From NCBI GenBank assembly GCA_045599485.1, contig JAZRWA010000093.1, positions 1-27,993 of the forward strand: DNA of 27,993 nt, read 5' to 3'. This document shows, in pieces, positions 1 through 7,378 of this stretch; within the stretch, counting starts at the first letter, position 1; every line of letters begins with the position of its first letter. Position numbers and translations under genes: made by a program. The stretch is from Clostridia bacterium. GTDB lineage: Bacteria > Bacillota > Clostridia > Christensenellales > Aristaeellaceae. The notes below the pieces were generated by a model, which did no database searches, was not told where the DNA came from, and saw only the letters and a list, made by a program, of their open reading frames with translations.

Positions 1-1224
1 GCCAACTTTTAGGTTTTCCGCATTCTTAATTTGCAGAATTCCCATCAATCGTTCTGATACAACAGCGCGGTCAATCGTGTCCAGCAAATCACTCCGTTTA
101 TTCGGATCAGTCTGCTTACGCAGCACTTCAGCAGCAGAACCGAGATCATGCGATTTGAACTTCCGTGTCAGAATACGGAGCAGGAACTGATGGTTCATAC
201 TTTCGATGATTCGGTTGATGGCACCGGTCAACTCACCTGCATCATACAGCGATTGCAGATGCCGGAAGTATGCACCGTCACGACAACATTTCAGTGAATG
301 CTGGATGTTCTGACAAATAGCAGTATCGATGTACCGACGAGTCGATTCGTCATCACGGAAAGAAGCATCAGGTTCGTTGGCATCGTCATCATCAAAAGCG
401 GTTTCTCCAGCCTTCATTGTGCCGCCATAACGAATATACTCATCGATGTCATTGATGCGCAACAGACGACTGAATTCCCGGAAAGGAATAAACGTCGTGT
501 GGATGGTTATAGCACGGTCATACAGTTCACCACGTAGCGTAAACCAGAAACCAAGTGAGTCCGTGCCAGACAGCACAACCTTCATGCCCATGGCCGCATA
601 GATATCCGACAGCAGCGCGGCAGAATCTATGAAGTCCTCAACCAAAGTAATCTCATCAACGAAAATATAGCGATATCCCTGTTCTCTCAGCAACTTCAGA
701 TCCATGTTCAGATCAGACATCGTGTGATCTGTCGTTGCTTTGATATAGACAGCTTTGCTGAATTGTTCGTCTGTCAGTTCATTGATAGCTTGCAGAAGCA
801 GCGTAGTTTTACCCGTACGACGTAGACCATACAGCAAACAAACCTTGCCTGCATAATCGGTGGTCATATATTTATGGATACGCTTGTAGCAGTCCCGCTT
901 GCGCAAATGCTGCACTGGGAGGATGAGCGCTCGTAGGTTATCGCCATTGATGACATTCGTGCGAAAAGAAGGATAAACAGATACTGTCCGTTGTGGCTGT
1001 TCCTTCAGCTTCTTTAGCTCCGCAAGAAGTCGATCTCGCTGTTCCAGCTGCTGAAAGACTGCATCCCGCTCCGCAACTTTAATATAGTGTGACACGGTTT
1101 TACCATTTTCGCTTCGCTGTAAATATGGTTGCTCTTTTCCTTTGATTGTTTTGTAGGTCAGTTTACCCATCGGAAGAATGTTCAACTGCTTCTCGATTTC
1201 TGCAATATGTTCATTGGTCGTCAC
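1..1224 (-). CDS. AAA+ ATPase, AAA_14/DUF4143-like (C-terminus beyond window edge)
   Basis: Hand translation gives a stop-free minus-strand frame from GTG at 1224-1222 to position 1 (408 codons). It is absent from the ORF track because there is no stop in the window. A GGAGGTG RBS lies 6 nt upstream. Walker A is GLRRTGKTT and the Walker B-like motif is YIFVDEI. Confidence 0.75.
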   Translation of the reverse strand, partial: MTTNEHIAEIEKQLNILPMGKLTYKTIKGKEQPYLQRSENGKTVSHYIKVAERDAVFQQLEQRDRLLAELKKLKEQPQRTVSVYPSFRTNVINGDNLRALILPVQHLRKRDCYKRIHKYMTTDYAGKVCLLYGLRRTGKTTLLLQAINELTDEQFSKAVYIKATTDHTMSDLNMDLKLLREQGYRYIFVDEITLVEDFIDSAALLSDIYAAMGMKVVLSGTDSLGFWFTLRGELYDRAITIHTTFIPFREFSRLLRINDIDEYIRYGGTMKAGETAFDDDDANEPDASFRDDESTRRYIDTAICQNIQHSLKCCRDGAYFRHLQSLYDAGELTGAINRIIESMNHQFLLRILTRKFKSHDLGSAAEVLRKQTDPNKRSDLLDTIDRAVVSERLMGILQIKNAENLKVG

Positions 1225-1244
1225 TGTAATCACCTCCCACAGAT

Positions 1245-1289
1245 AAGATAACACGAGATAACCTTTAAGTCAAGTTATCTCGTGTTATC
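1245..1289 (-). promoter_or_regulatory. Candidate promoter (-35 TTGACT, 17-nt spacer, extended -10 TGtTATCTT) embedded in a perfect 16-bp inverted repeat (operator candidate) upstream of the ATPase gene
   Basis: On the minus strand, TTGACT is at 1273-1268 and TATCTT at 1250-1245, with a 17-nt spacer. The arms gataacacgagataac (1247-1262) and gttatctcgtgttatc (1274-1289) are perfect reverse complements with an 11-nt spacer. Confidence 0.5.
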
Positions 1290-1494
1290 AGTTCGTTTAT
1301 TATTTTCGGTTTTGCGGCGGGGATGCACATGACAGATTATGCAAGGCCAACAGCATGCTTGATTCTTTAGGGCATATGAAGTAGCATGCTGTGCTGCCAC
1401 ATCATAGCTCTTTTCTTTCGCAGAGTACTGGGATTTGTTTACCGGGGTTTATTTGTTCATTGGTCCTTTCATCTTTATTGAAGTGTCGTGCGTA

Positions 1495-1785
1495 TCAATG
1501 GTCAGCTGACCACAGGATTGCATCATTGAGCCGTTCTTCAAAACATGGTAGTGTTTTTCCATTGAAGAAGTCAACTATCAAATCTTTCAGGAGGGGGGAT
1601 TGGCTCAAGACTTTTGTCAGGTCATTATAGTACCAATTAGGTTGCTCGCTATCTAGTATGCATAGAATGCCATCTGTTAGTTGCTTCTTGCGTCTTCTTT
1701 GATCTCTTGCATCCAGAAATTTCCCCGCATATTCAGAAAAAGCAAACGACACGACTTGATCTATAAGGTCTTTGATTATGCTCAT
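1495..1785 (-). CDS. Hypothetical 96-aa protein
   Basis: ATG-initiated ORF with a weak purine-rich RBS (AAAGGTAGAG), co-directional with and 92 nt downstream of the 479-aa gene. I recognise no motif in it. Confidence 0.4.
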   Translation of the reverse strand: MSIIKDLIDQVVSFAFSEYAGKFLDARDQRRRKKQLTDGILCILDSEQPNWYYNDLTKVLSQSPLLKDLIVDFFNGKTLPCFEERLNDAILWSADH

Positions 1786-1877
1786 TTATAATCTCTACCT
1801 TTCTTCTGATACTGCTTGCTTTATCTAAACAAAGGTACAATATCTGAAAAATCATAATGTATTTGAGGGAACAATCA

Positions 1878-3317
1878 TCAGTTATTTTCTTCATTGATGA
1901 CATATCGCTGATTCTTGCTCTTGGGCCTATCTGGCATAGTCAGCCGAAGTTTTCCTTCTTGAACCAACGGTAATACATACTGACGCATCATGAAAGATGA
2001 TGCCTGCACACCTAAGTACTCGGCAATCTCTTTGCGTGAACGTGGCGTACTGCAGAAAGTCAGCAGTGGTGTCTCTTGCGGCTTTTCTTCGATACGAACC
2101 GAGTTCTTCAAGATAACAACGAACTCACCGCGGCGGTTTTCAAAAATCGGTTCCTCAAGCCCATATTCTTCCATTTCTTTTCGAATTGTCGGGATACCGG
2201 AATAACGATTTTCTGCGCCAAGCAAAGCCTCTGCCATAACGGCAAGAGAAGGATTGCGTAGATCTGGTTTGACATAACCAAGTTGCTCCACTGTGATTCT
2301 TCCATACAGTCCGCCGGGGCTATGAATCTCGAGCCTGTCGCTAAAGAAGTTTACCTGAATAGGTGTGCCTTCGGTTAGCGGGCTGTAATCACGATGGATC
2401 AATGCATTTAAGATTGCTTCGCGGATAGCTTTCGGCGGATACTCGGTCCGGTCTTCACGACGTCCATCTTTCGAATGAATGATGGTTTTTCGCTTCATGT
2501 TCCTGAGGCAGAAGCCCATCGATTCTTCTAACATGGTCTTCAAATTACCTTCTATTCTGCGATTATCCAAGAAACGTGCCTCAGCAGAATCAGTGTCACC
2601 AATCTGTGCTCCGGGAACAACAATGGCAGTTACAGCCAATTGCGGAAAGAAACCTTGGGGAAACAAACCGAAGTTCATAACGGCAGCCAACGTAAACTGT
2701 TCATTTATGGTTATATTCAGCAGCTCAAATGTTTGATCATTACTTAGTCTCGAAAACATTGGACGTTCAGAACGCATCCTCTGAATATAAAATTGGATAT
2801 TATCACTGTCCATCAGTCCTATAGTAGCACGTTCAACAATTCGTTCATCATCACGTTGATGCTTGCGGAATGCTTCCAAGCTGTACAGTTCGTATTCTGT
2901 CATAGGCAGATCCGCATCTCCAACACGAACATACGAACCATTGAGCCTTCCTGCACCTTTGTAATAACAAGGACGATCTGTTAAGTCAATTCCAGGAATC
3001 TCAGCAGCGCAAATATGCATTTCGTGGAATTCACACATTGTAAATACAGCTCGTACAGGTGGTTCCATCTGCAAGCATTGCTCAGTCACCTTTTTTTGAA
3101 GGTCCTGTAAATCATAAACACCCACAGCAGAAAAGTCTAAACGCTCGTCAAGTCCAAAGAGAATAATACCTCCGCCATCCTGATTGGAAAAACTCGACAA
3201 AGTATCATATAACCGCCTGGGACATCCCTGCGTAGCGGCTTTCACTTCAAGACATTGACCTTCTGCTTTCATATGCAGCGTACGTTCAACAAGTTCATGA
3301 AGTTCTTCAATCGTCAT
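1878..3317 (-). CDS. AlbA_2 (Schlafen-like) N-terminal domain plus HATPase_c_4 domain protein with a C-terminal wHTH-like tail; putative DNA-binding regulator (family often mis-annotated as RecG-like)
   Basis: 479-aa ORF with a GAGGTGG RBS. It has an N-terminal EGQCLEVK motif (the AlbA_2 E..LEFK type) and the NALIHRDY motif characteristic of HATPase_c_4 family proteins. Confidence 0.8.
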   Translation of the reverse strand: MTIEELHELVERTLHMKAEGQCLEVKAATQGCPRRLYDTLSSFSNQDGGGIILFGLDERLDFSAVGVYDLQDLQKKVTEQCLQMEPPVRAVFTMCEFHEMHICAAEIPGIDLTDRPCYYKGAGRLNGSYVRVGDADLPMTEYELYSLEAFRKHQRDDERIVERATIGLMDSDNIQFYIQRMRSERPMFSRLSNDQTFELLNITINEQFTLAAVMNFGLFPQGFFPQLAVTAIVVPGAQIGDTDSAEARFLDNRRIEGNLKTMLEESMGFCLRNMKRKTIIHSKDGRREDRTEYPPKAIREAILNALIHRDYSPLTEGTPIQVNFFSDRLEIHSPGGLYGRITVEQLGYVKPDLRNPSLAVMAEALLGAENRYSGIPTIRKEMEEYGLEEPIFENRRGEFVVILKNSVRIEEKPQETPLLTFCSTPRSRKEIAEYLGVQASSFMMRQYVLPLVQEGKLRLTMPDRPKSKNQRYVINEENN

Positions 3318-3573
3318 TTTATGCCACCTCTACTCTAATTTATCACATAACTACGCTAATTTCAAGAAACACTACTCTAATTTATTCGTTTTCTAACGAT
3401 TTTATTCGTAAATTTAATTTTTATAGTATTTTAAGTTTTAAAATATTCATGTTATTTATGATGTCTGTAATCAAAACAACTCGCTAAGCTAGTGGCAAAC
3501 TTCGTGCCTTCAAGGCATAATACAAGCAACACCTAAAAGCCAAACCGATGGGGGGCGAAAAGAGAGTATCAGA

Positions 3574-3614
3574 ACAACAAAAAACTTGCTGCATCATCCT
3601 CAACACAGCAAGTT
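3574..3614 (-). terminator. Rho-independent terminator candidate (minus strand)
   Basis: A 9-bp stem (aacttgctg 3583-3591 / cagcaagtt 3606-3614) with a 14-nt loop. On the minus strand it is followed by TTTTGTTGTT. Confidence 0.45.
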
Positions 3615-3814
3615 AACTGATATGTCCCCACAGCTTCAGGCCTTTTCTCCATGACCTAATCCATATTCACCTTTCTGACAACCACCTTTATATCAAGGCG
3701 CAGCAAACACACGACCTTTTGACACTTTTCTTCATCGTCATGGGAGCATACCGTACCCTCAAACCCTTGTGCCACCTGCATTTCTCGTTCATCGTCCAAA
3801 TTAGCCTCCAAATT

Positions 3815-3860
3815 TATAACGGTTTTTATAACAGAGAATACCGTTATAGATACCGTTATA
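3815..3860. repeat. Clustered short repeats (candidate recombinase arm-type binding sites) next to the island junction
   Basis: ataccgttata occurs at 3838-3848 and 3850-3860 (direct, 12-nt period). An inverted copy tataacggt is at 3815-3823 and a partial tataac at 3827-3832. Confidence 0.45.
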
Positions 3861-3919
3861 ATTCAAAACCTGAGCCTCGCAAACTCTTATTTTTCAAGGC
3901 TTTACGCTTCATCAGCCGT

Positions 3920-3969
3920 TTCGACTACGAATCAAAAGGTCGTGGGTTCGAATCCCGCGGAGCGCGCCA
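3920..3969 (+). tRNA. 3' fragment (anticodon arm to CCA) of a tRNA-Arg(ACG) gene; attR-like remnant, not an intact tRNA
   Basis: Anticodon loop CTACGAA is at 3925-3931 with ACG at 3927-3929. The T-arm gtggg-ttcgaat-cccgc is at 3942-3958, the acceptor 3' strand ggagcgc is followed by discriminator g and CCA (3959-3969). There is no D-arm or matching 5' acceptor strand upstream. The anticodon stem has one mismatch at its 5' boundary. Confidence 0.65.
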
Positions 3970-3970
3970 C

Positions 3971-4001
3971 AAGAAGCAGTTGCAAAACTGCTTCTTTTTT
4001 T
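3971..4001 (+). terminator. Rho-independent terminator directly after the tRNA fragment
   Basis: A perfect 11-bp stem (aagaagcagtt / aactgcttctt) with a gcaa tetraloop, followed by a T-run. Confidence 0.8.
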
Positions 4002-4310
4002 GCGTTTTGAAGGCTGTGCCCGGTGTGCTTTGCAGTCCGTTAAACATGAACCCGATCGTAGCGCTCACGATCACACCTTCCGTTGTCTCGGTTTCGGCCT
4101 TGCCATTGTGGATCTTCATTGTGAAAGGATAAGTCTTTCCATCCACACGCCATACAGCAGCATGGCATAATCACCGTCTTCCCTCACTCCGGCACACTGC
4201 TCCGATCATTTGGTCTGCATCATGATCCTATACACCGCGGCAAATATGCGGCAGGTCATTCCTTTTATACAAGAAAGTGCCCTTTTTTATTCGGACAACA
4301 CACCGGGGGA

Positions 4311-5348
4311 TCAGCGGCTCGACGCGTCAAAGGTAACGGAACAGTCGGTGCCGGCGATATAGATTGTCTGATCATCATGATTCGGGATGAATTCCGTTAC
4401 ATACATGAACGCAGGCACATGCAGGGCTTCGAAACGGGTGCTGTTCAGTTCTGCGGAATCGGAGATCGGTTTGTACCATGCCGTCGTATCTTCAAGGGCA
4501 TAACCGCCCATGCTGAAGCGATCTTCCGCGGACATGCCGAAATAATAGACCGAGCCATACCCATCGCAGTCAACGATGCCCCATGTCGGATCAATGAAAT
4601 AGCTGCCGCCGTCGATGCGGGCGATCACCCACGCATGCGATCCTGCGCCGTTTTTATTGCCGGGGTTCTGCACCATATCGGCAGAGATACCTGCCAGATT
4701 GTAGAGGAAAGCCAGTCCGTTTGAGAAGCCGGTGCAGATGCCCGTATGATTCACGATGGCGGAGAAGGAGCCTTCCCAGTAATGCTGCTCCTGAAGCGTA
4801 TAGCTGTCAGCGTCATTGTAGATGGCATAATCGTATGTGCTGTCAATGGTGAAAGCATAATAGAGGATCAGGGCGCGCATGGCTTCGCTGTCGTCTTTGC
4901 GGAGCAGACTCATGTATTTATCCACAGAGGCCTCAAATTGCCGAACCAGCTCCATGGTCTCATCCGCATCATACATGTAATTGAGTTTGAGTATACCGGT
5001 GCGCGTGTTGAAATTCCGGTTGACATCATAATCCGTCAGTGCCATGACCGGCGGACACATGCGGTACAGCACGCCGCCGATGTAATCGACATCACCGAGA
5101 GACAGACCGTGAAGATCCACCTTTGTCTCATGGGCAAAGAAAGCGTCGACGACCCGTCTTGCACCATCGATGACCTTCGGATCCAGGCAGGCAGCGGTCA
5201 GTTCGGGTACATTGTGATAGTCGATCTCATATTCGTATCTTTCGTACGATCTTTCCACAGGTTCGGCTTCCTCCGCCGCCGTGAACGGGACGGCAAGTAT
5301 CATCATTGTCAGAATAACCGTTACCAGAAAACAGAGTTTCCTTTTCAT
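4311..5348 (-). CDS. Secreted transglutaminase-like (cysteine protease fold) protein
   Basis: 345-aa ORF with an AAGGAG RBS 8 nt upstream. The N-terminal signal peptide is MKRKLCFLVTVILTMMILAVPFTAA. Cys-His-Asp core candidates are GICTGFS, SHAWV and IDPTW. Confidence 0.8.
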   Translation of the reverse strand: MKRKLCFLVTVILTMMILAVPFTAAEEAEPVERSYERYEYEIDYHNVPELTAACLDPKVIDGARRVVDAFFAHETKVDLHGLSLGDVDYIGGVLYRMCPPVMALTDYDVNRNFNTRTGILKLNYMYDADETMELVRQFEASVDKYMSLLRKDDSEAMRALILYYAFTIDSTYDYAIYNDADSYTLQEQHYWEGSFSAIVNHTGICTGFSNGLAFLYNLAGISADMVQNPGNKNGAGSHAWVIARIDGGSYFIDPTWGIVDCDGYGSVYYFGMSAEDRFSMGGYALEDTTAWYKPISDSAELNSTRFEALHVPAFMYVTEFIPNHDDQTIYIAGTDCSVTFDASSR

Positions 5349-5566
5349 ATCATTTACTCCTTTTCATTTCTCCCGGATGCCGTGAATCCCTTATGGATCG
5401 TCCTGAAGCGAGGGAGCATATCCGGCTCCTGTTCACTTTCAGCCATGGGCAACTTCAATGATATTCGGGTATGACCATATTCGTCTATATATTGAATGAT
5501 TCTGTCAGAGCTTGGTTTTTCTCTTTCAAATCCATCGTCTTTCCATCGATACACAACTGCATTCGC

Positions 5567-5595
5567 ATTATAAGACCCAAATGGGACGCTGTCAA
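5567..5595 (-). promoter_or_regulatory. Consensus sigma-A/sigma-70 promoter (TTGACA, 17 nt, TATAAT) about 215 nt upstream of the transglutaminase-like gene
   Basis: On the minus strand, TTGACA is at 5595-5590 and TATAAT at 5572-5567, with a spacer of exactly 17 nt. Confidence 0.6.
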
Positions 5596-5805
5596 TCTTT
5601 GCTCTGTTTCCGCGCAAAGAAGGTCACGTGCGGGGTTTATATCGACTTGGAAAGGTCCCTCCTCCCACCGGACGGAGGTTTTCATATGCGGGCGCAGCCC
5701 TTTGTTTCTGTCCCGCCCTTGAGGTCGTAATACGGTCCGGCATTTGCTTGGGCTTGTTACCTGCTGTCCGTACATTAAACCGGTGCCTGGCGAATTCATT
5801 TCAAG

Positions 5806-5838
5806 CAACAAAAAACCACCCGAAGCTTGTCGGGTGGT
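5806..5838 (-). terminator. Rho-independent terminator of the hydrolase gene
   Basis: An 8-bp GC-rich stem (ccacccga 5816-5823 / tcgggtgg 5830-5837). On the minus strand it is followed by TTTTTTGTT. It sits 18 nt after the stop codon. Confidence 0.75.
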
Positions 5839-5855
5839 GCCAGGGGAGCGCCTGA

Positions 5856-6959
5856 TCACTGCACGTTTTCGCCGATCCACTGATCGACCACAGCAGCGAT
5901 GTCGAGGCTGTTCATTTCAATCATCATCATGTGACCATTGCCGTGAATGTCCAGATCGGGAAGGCTGATGTAGTCAATGTCGACACCGGCCTGAGACAGA
6001 AACATGGCGGTCAGATAGTCGTAGGTGTTATGATAGGAAGCTTCGGAGGTGATGATGGTCATCGGAATGTTCTTCAGGTTGACCAGCTGGCGGGCAGGTT
6101 CCTTCTGCAGCTTACCTTCACGCAGGCCGCTTTCCGCAGCGGGGGTGTAAGTTTCCGTTTCGATATCCTCGGGGCCGTTAATCGCGGGCTCAAAGGTCAT
6201 CGGCAGGCCGGTCACACCATAATCCGTATTGTTCTTGGAGAAGTTGGGTCCGGAGGGCTCCAGAGCCACAACCGCCTTGACCAGTGCAGGACGTGCATCC
6301 GCCAGCAGCCAGCCATAGGGACCGGACTGGGAATGTGTCACAACGATCGCGTCGCCGATCTTGTCCAGCAGGGCAGAGCCGGCATTCAGCGCGAGCTCCT
6401 GCATCACGATGTTGCTGCTGATAGAAACATTTTGAGTGGCATAAAACTGACGATAGGCTTCAGATTCCATGCTGATGTCTGCGGGCCACTGGGTCTGCAG
6501 CTCATTGTCAGTGCCGGCAAAGCTTGTCAGACCACGCTCGGCAGTCACATTGCGGTATGTTGTGGATGCATCAACAGGATAAGAAGCACGGCCGCGCGTA
6601 GGCATATCGCAAACATACACGATGTAGCCCTGGCCCACAAAGTAGTCAGTCCAGCCATCCTTGCCATCCACGGTGCCCATCCAGTTCAGACCGGTCTGGT
6701 AATTGCCGTGCAGGAAAACGATGGGATAAGGCTTGGTGACTTCTACGGGCTCAAACACTTCAACATACATCTGGCCGCGCATCACAGAGCCCTTGTCGGC
6801 TTCGCTGTTCACGTATTCACCGCCAACATAGAAGAAGCCCCAGTTTTTCAGGTTCGTGCGGTCATGCATCGGAATTCCATCAGGGACTTTTGCACCCTCA
6901 GCAAGCGCGCTGAAAGCAAACAGCATCAGTGCCAGGACGATCAAAAACACCTTTTTCAT
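5856..6959 (-). CDS. Secreted alpha/beta-fold hydrolase (esterase/lipase-like)
   Basis: 367-aa ORF with a GGAGG RBS. The signal peptide is MKKVFLIVLALMLFAFSALA. It has an HG oxyanion motif (VFLHGN) and a nucleophile elbow THSQSG. Confidence 0.85.
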   Translation of the reverse strand: MKKVFLIVLALMLFAFSALAEGAKVPDGIPMHDRTNLKNWGFFYVGGEYVNSEADKGSVMRGQMYVEVFEPVEVTKPYPIVFLHGNYQTGLNWMGTVDGKDGWTDYFVGQGYIVYVCDMPTRGRASYPVDASTTYRNVTAERGLTSFAGTDNELQTQWPADISMESEAYRQFYATQNVSISSNIVMQELALNAGSALLDKIGDAIVVTHSQSGPYGWLLADARPALVKAVVALEPSGPNFSKNNTDYGVTGLPMTFEPAINGPEDIETETYTPAAESGLREGKLQKEPARQLVNLKNIPMTIITSEASYHNTYDYLTAMFLSQAGVDIDYISLPDLDIHGNGHMMMIEMNSLDIAAVVDQWIGENVQ

Positions 6960-7303
6960 TGTTCAACCTCCGAATTATTCATCTTAACCAACAGCAACGT
7001 CAACGCTGCTGTAAAGTACAGTATCGTGGATCTGCACCGGTTCAAATCCTTATATAAATATCTTATAAGTATTGCCGGATAAAGTCCAATACATAATAGT
7101 CATAGTCACCGTACTGCTGCTCATAGATGCCCCGGCCGGCTTCATCGAAGGAAGGCATGCAGCCGTTCTCGCCTTGGCTTCTTGGGTTCAGCAGCGGAAC
7201 GATTCGATTGCTCGTATCCTTCAGTCGGCGGCGTTTACGACGAGATCGGTTCTTTCCGTTTGTGCGGATCGTAGTGCATAATGGCACGGCCGCGGCGGAT
7301 ACA

Positions 7304-7332
7304 TTGCAAAAGCATATGAAATATGGTAAGAT
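7304..7332 (+). promoter_or_regulatory. Candidate promoter of the Sel1/J-domain/HIRAN operon (-35 TTGCAA, 17 nt, extended -10 TGgTAAGAT)
   Basis: TTGCAA is at 7304-7309 and TAAGAT at 7327-7332, with TG at 7324-7325. It lies 47 nt upstream of the start codon. Confidence 0.45.
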
Positions 7333-7378
7333 TTAACAAGGTTTCATCGATAGAGGCATAGCGAAGGAGATGGTCACA

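Larger units (their letters stand above)
1..3969. mobile_element. Right-hand end of a low-GC genomic island / integrative element inserted at a tRNA-Arg gene (partial; left end and any integrase lie outside the window)
   Basis: GC drops sharply left of ~3920 (sampled lines in the low 40s % versus ~55-65% to the right). The island-side sequence ends at a 3' tRNA fragment followed by the tRNA's own terminator. Short direct and inverted repeats lie 60-105 nt inside the junction. Confidence 0.5.

Noticed and set aside
3904-3969. Attempt to fold a complete tRNA ending at the CCA
   Set aside because: acgcttc (3904-3910) can pair 6 of 7 with the acceptor 3' strand. However, only 9 nt separate it from the anticodon stem, so there is no room for a D-arm. 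I treat the pairing as coincidental and keep only a 3' fragment.
3719-4132. 137-aa plus-strand ORF (and the opposing 73-aa ORF 3925..4146)
   Set aside because: Both read straight through the tRNA-Arg fragment and its terminator hairpin. The plus ORF has low-complexity, repeat-derived sequence (RYRYRY from the ataccgttata repeats). It has no RBS.
5354-5617. 87-aa minus-strand ORF upstream of the transglutaminase-like gene
   Set aside because: It has a TTG start without an RBS. It contains a perfect TTGACA-17-TATAAT promoter, and its stop overlaps the downstream RBS. It is more likely a 5' leader than a gene, though protein-level conservation was not testable here.
5596-5805. SRP RNA, RNase P or 6S RNA identity for the orphan GC-rich segment
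   Set aside because: There are superficial resemblances (ggaaaggtcc versus the RNase P GGAAAGUCC; ggtccgg versus SRP domain IV). They are not accompanied by the rest of the conserved cores, so I make no class call.
5931-7082. 383-aa plus-strand ORF opposite the hydrolase. The same class includes 7235..8146, 13224..14201, 14217..15185, 14999..16303, 16468..17151, 19913..20995, 21137..22312, 25990..26586 and 27340..27981.
   Set aside because: All are antisense shadows of genes with clear family motifs on the other strand. They are typical of GC-rich coding DNA that avoids TTA, CTA and TCA codons.
7063-7287. 74-aa minus-strand ORF between the hydrolase and Sel1 genes
   Set aside because: It has a GTG start with no RBS and an arginine/lysine-run N-terminus typical of random translation of GC-rich DNA. 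The internal ATG also lacks a convincing RBS.
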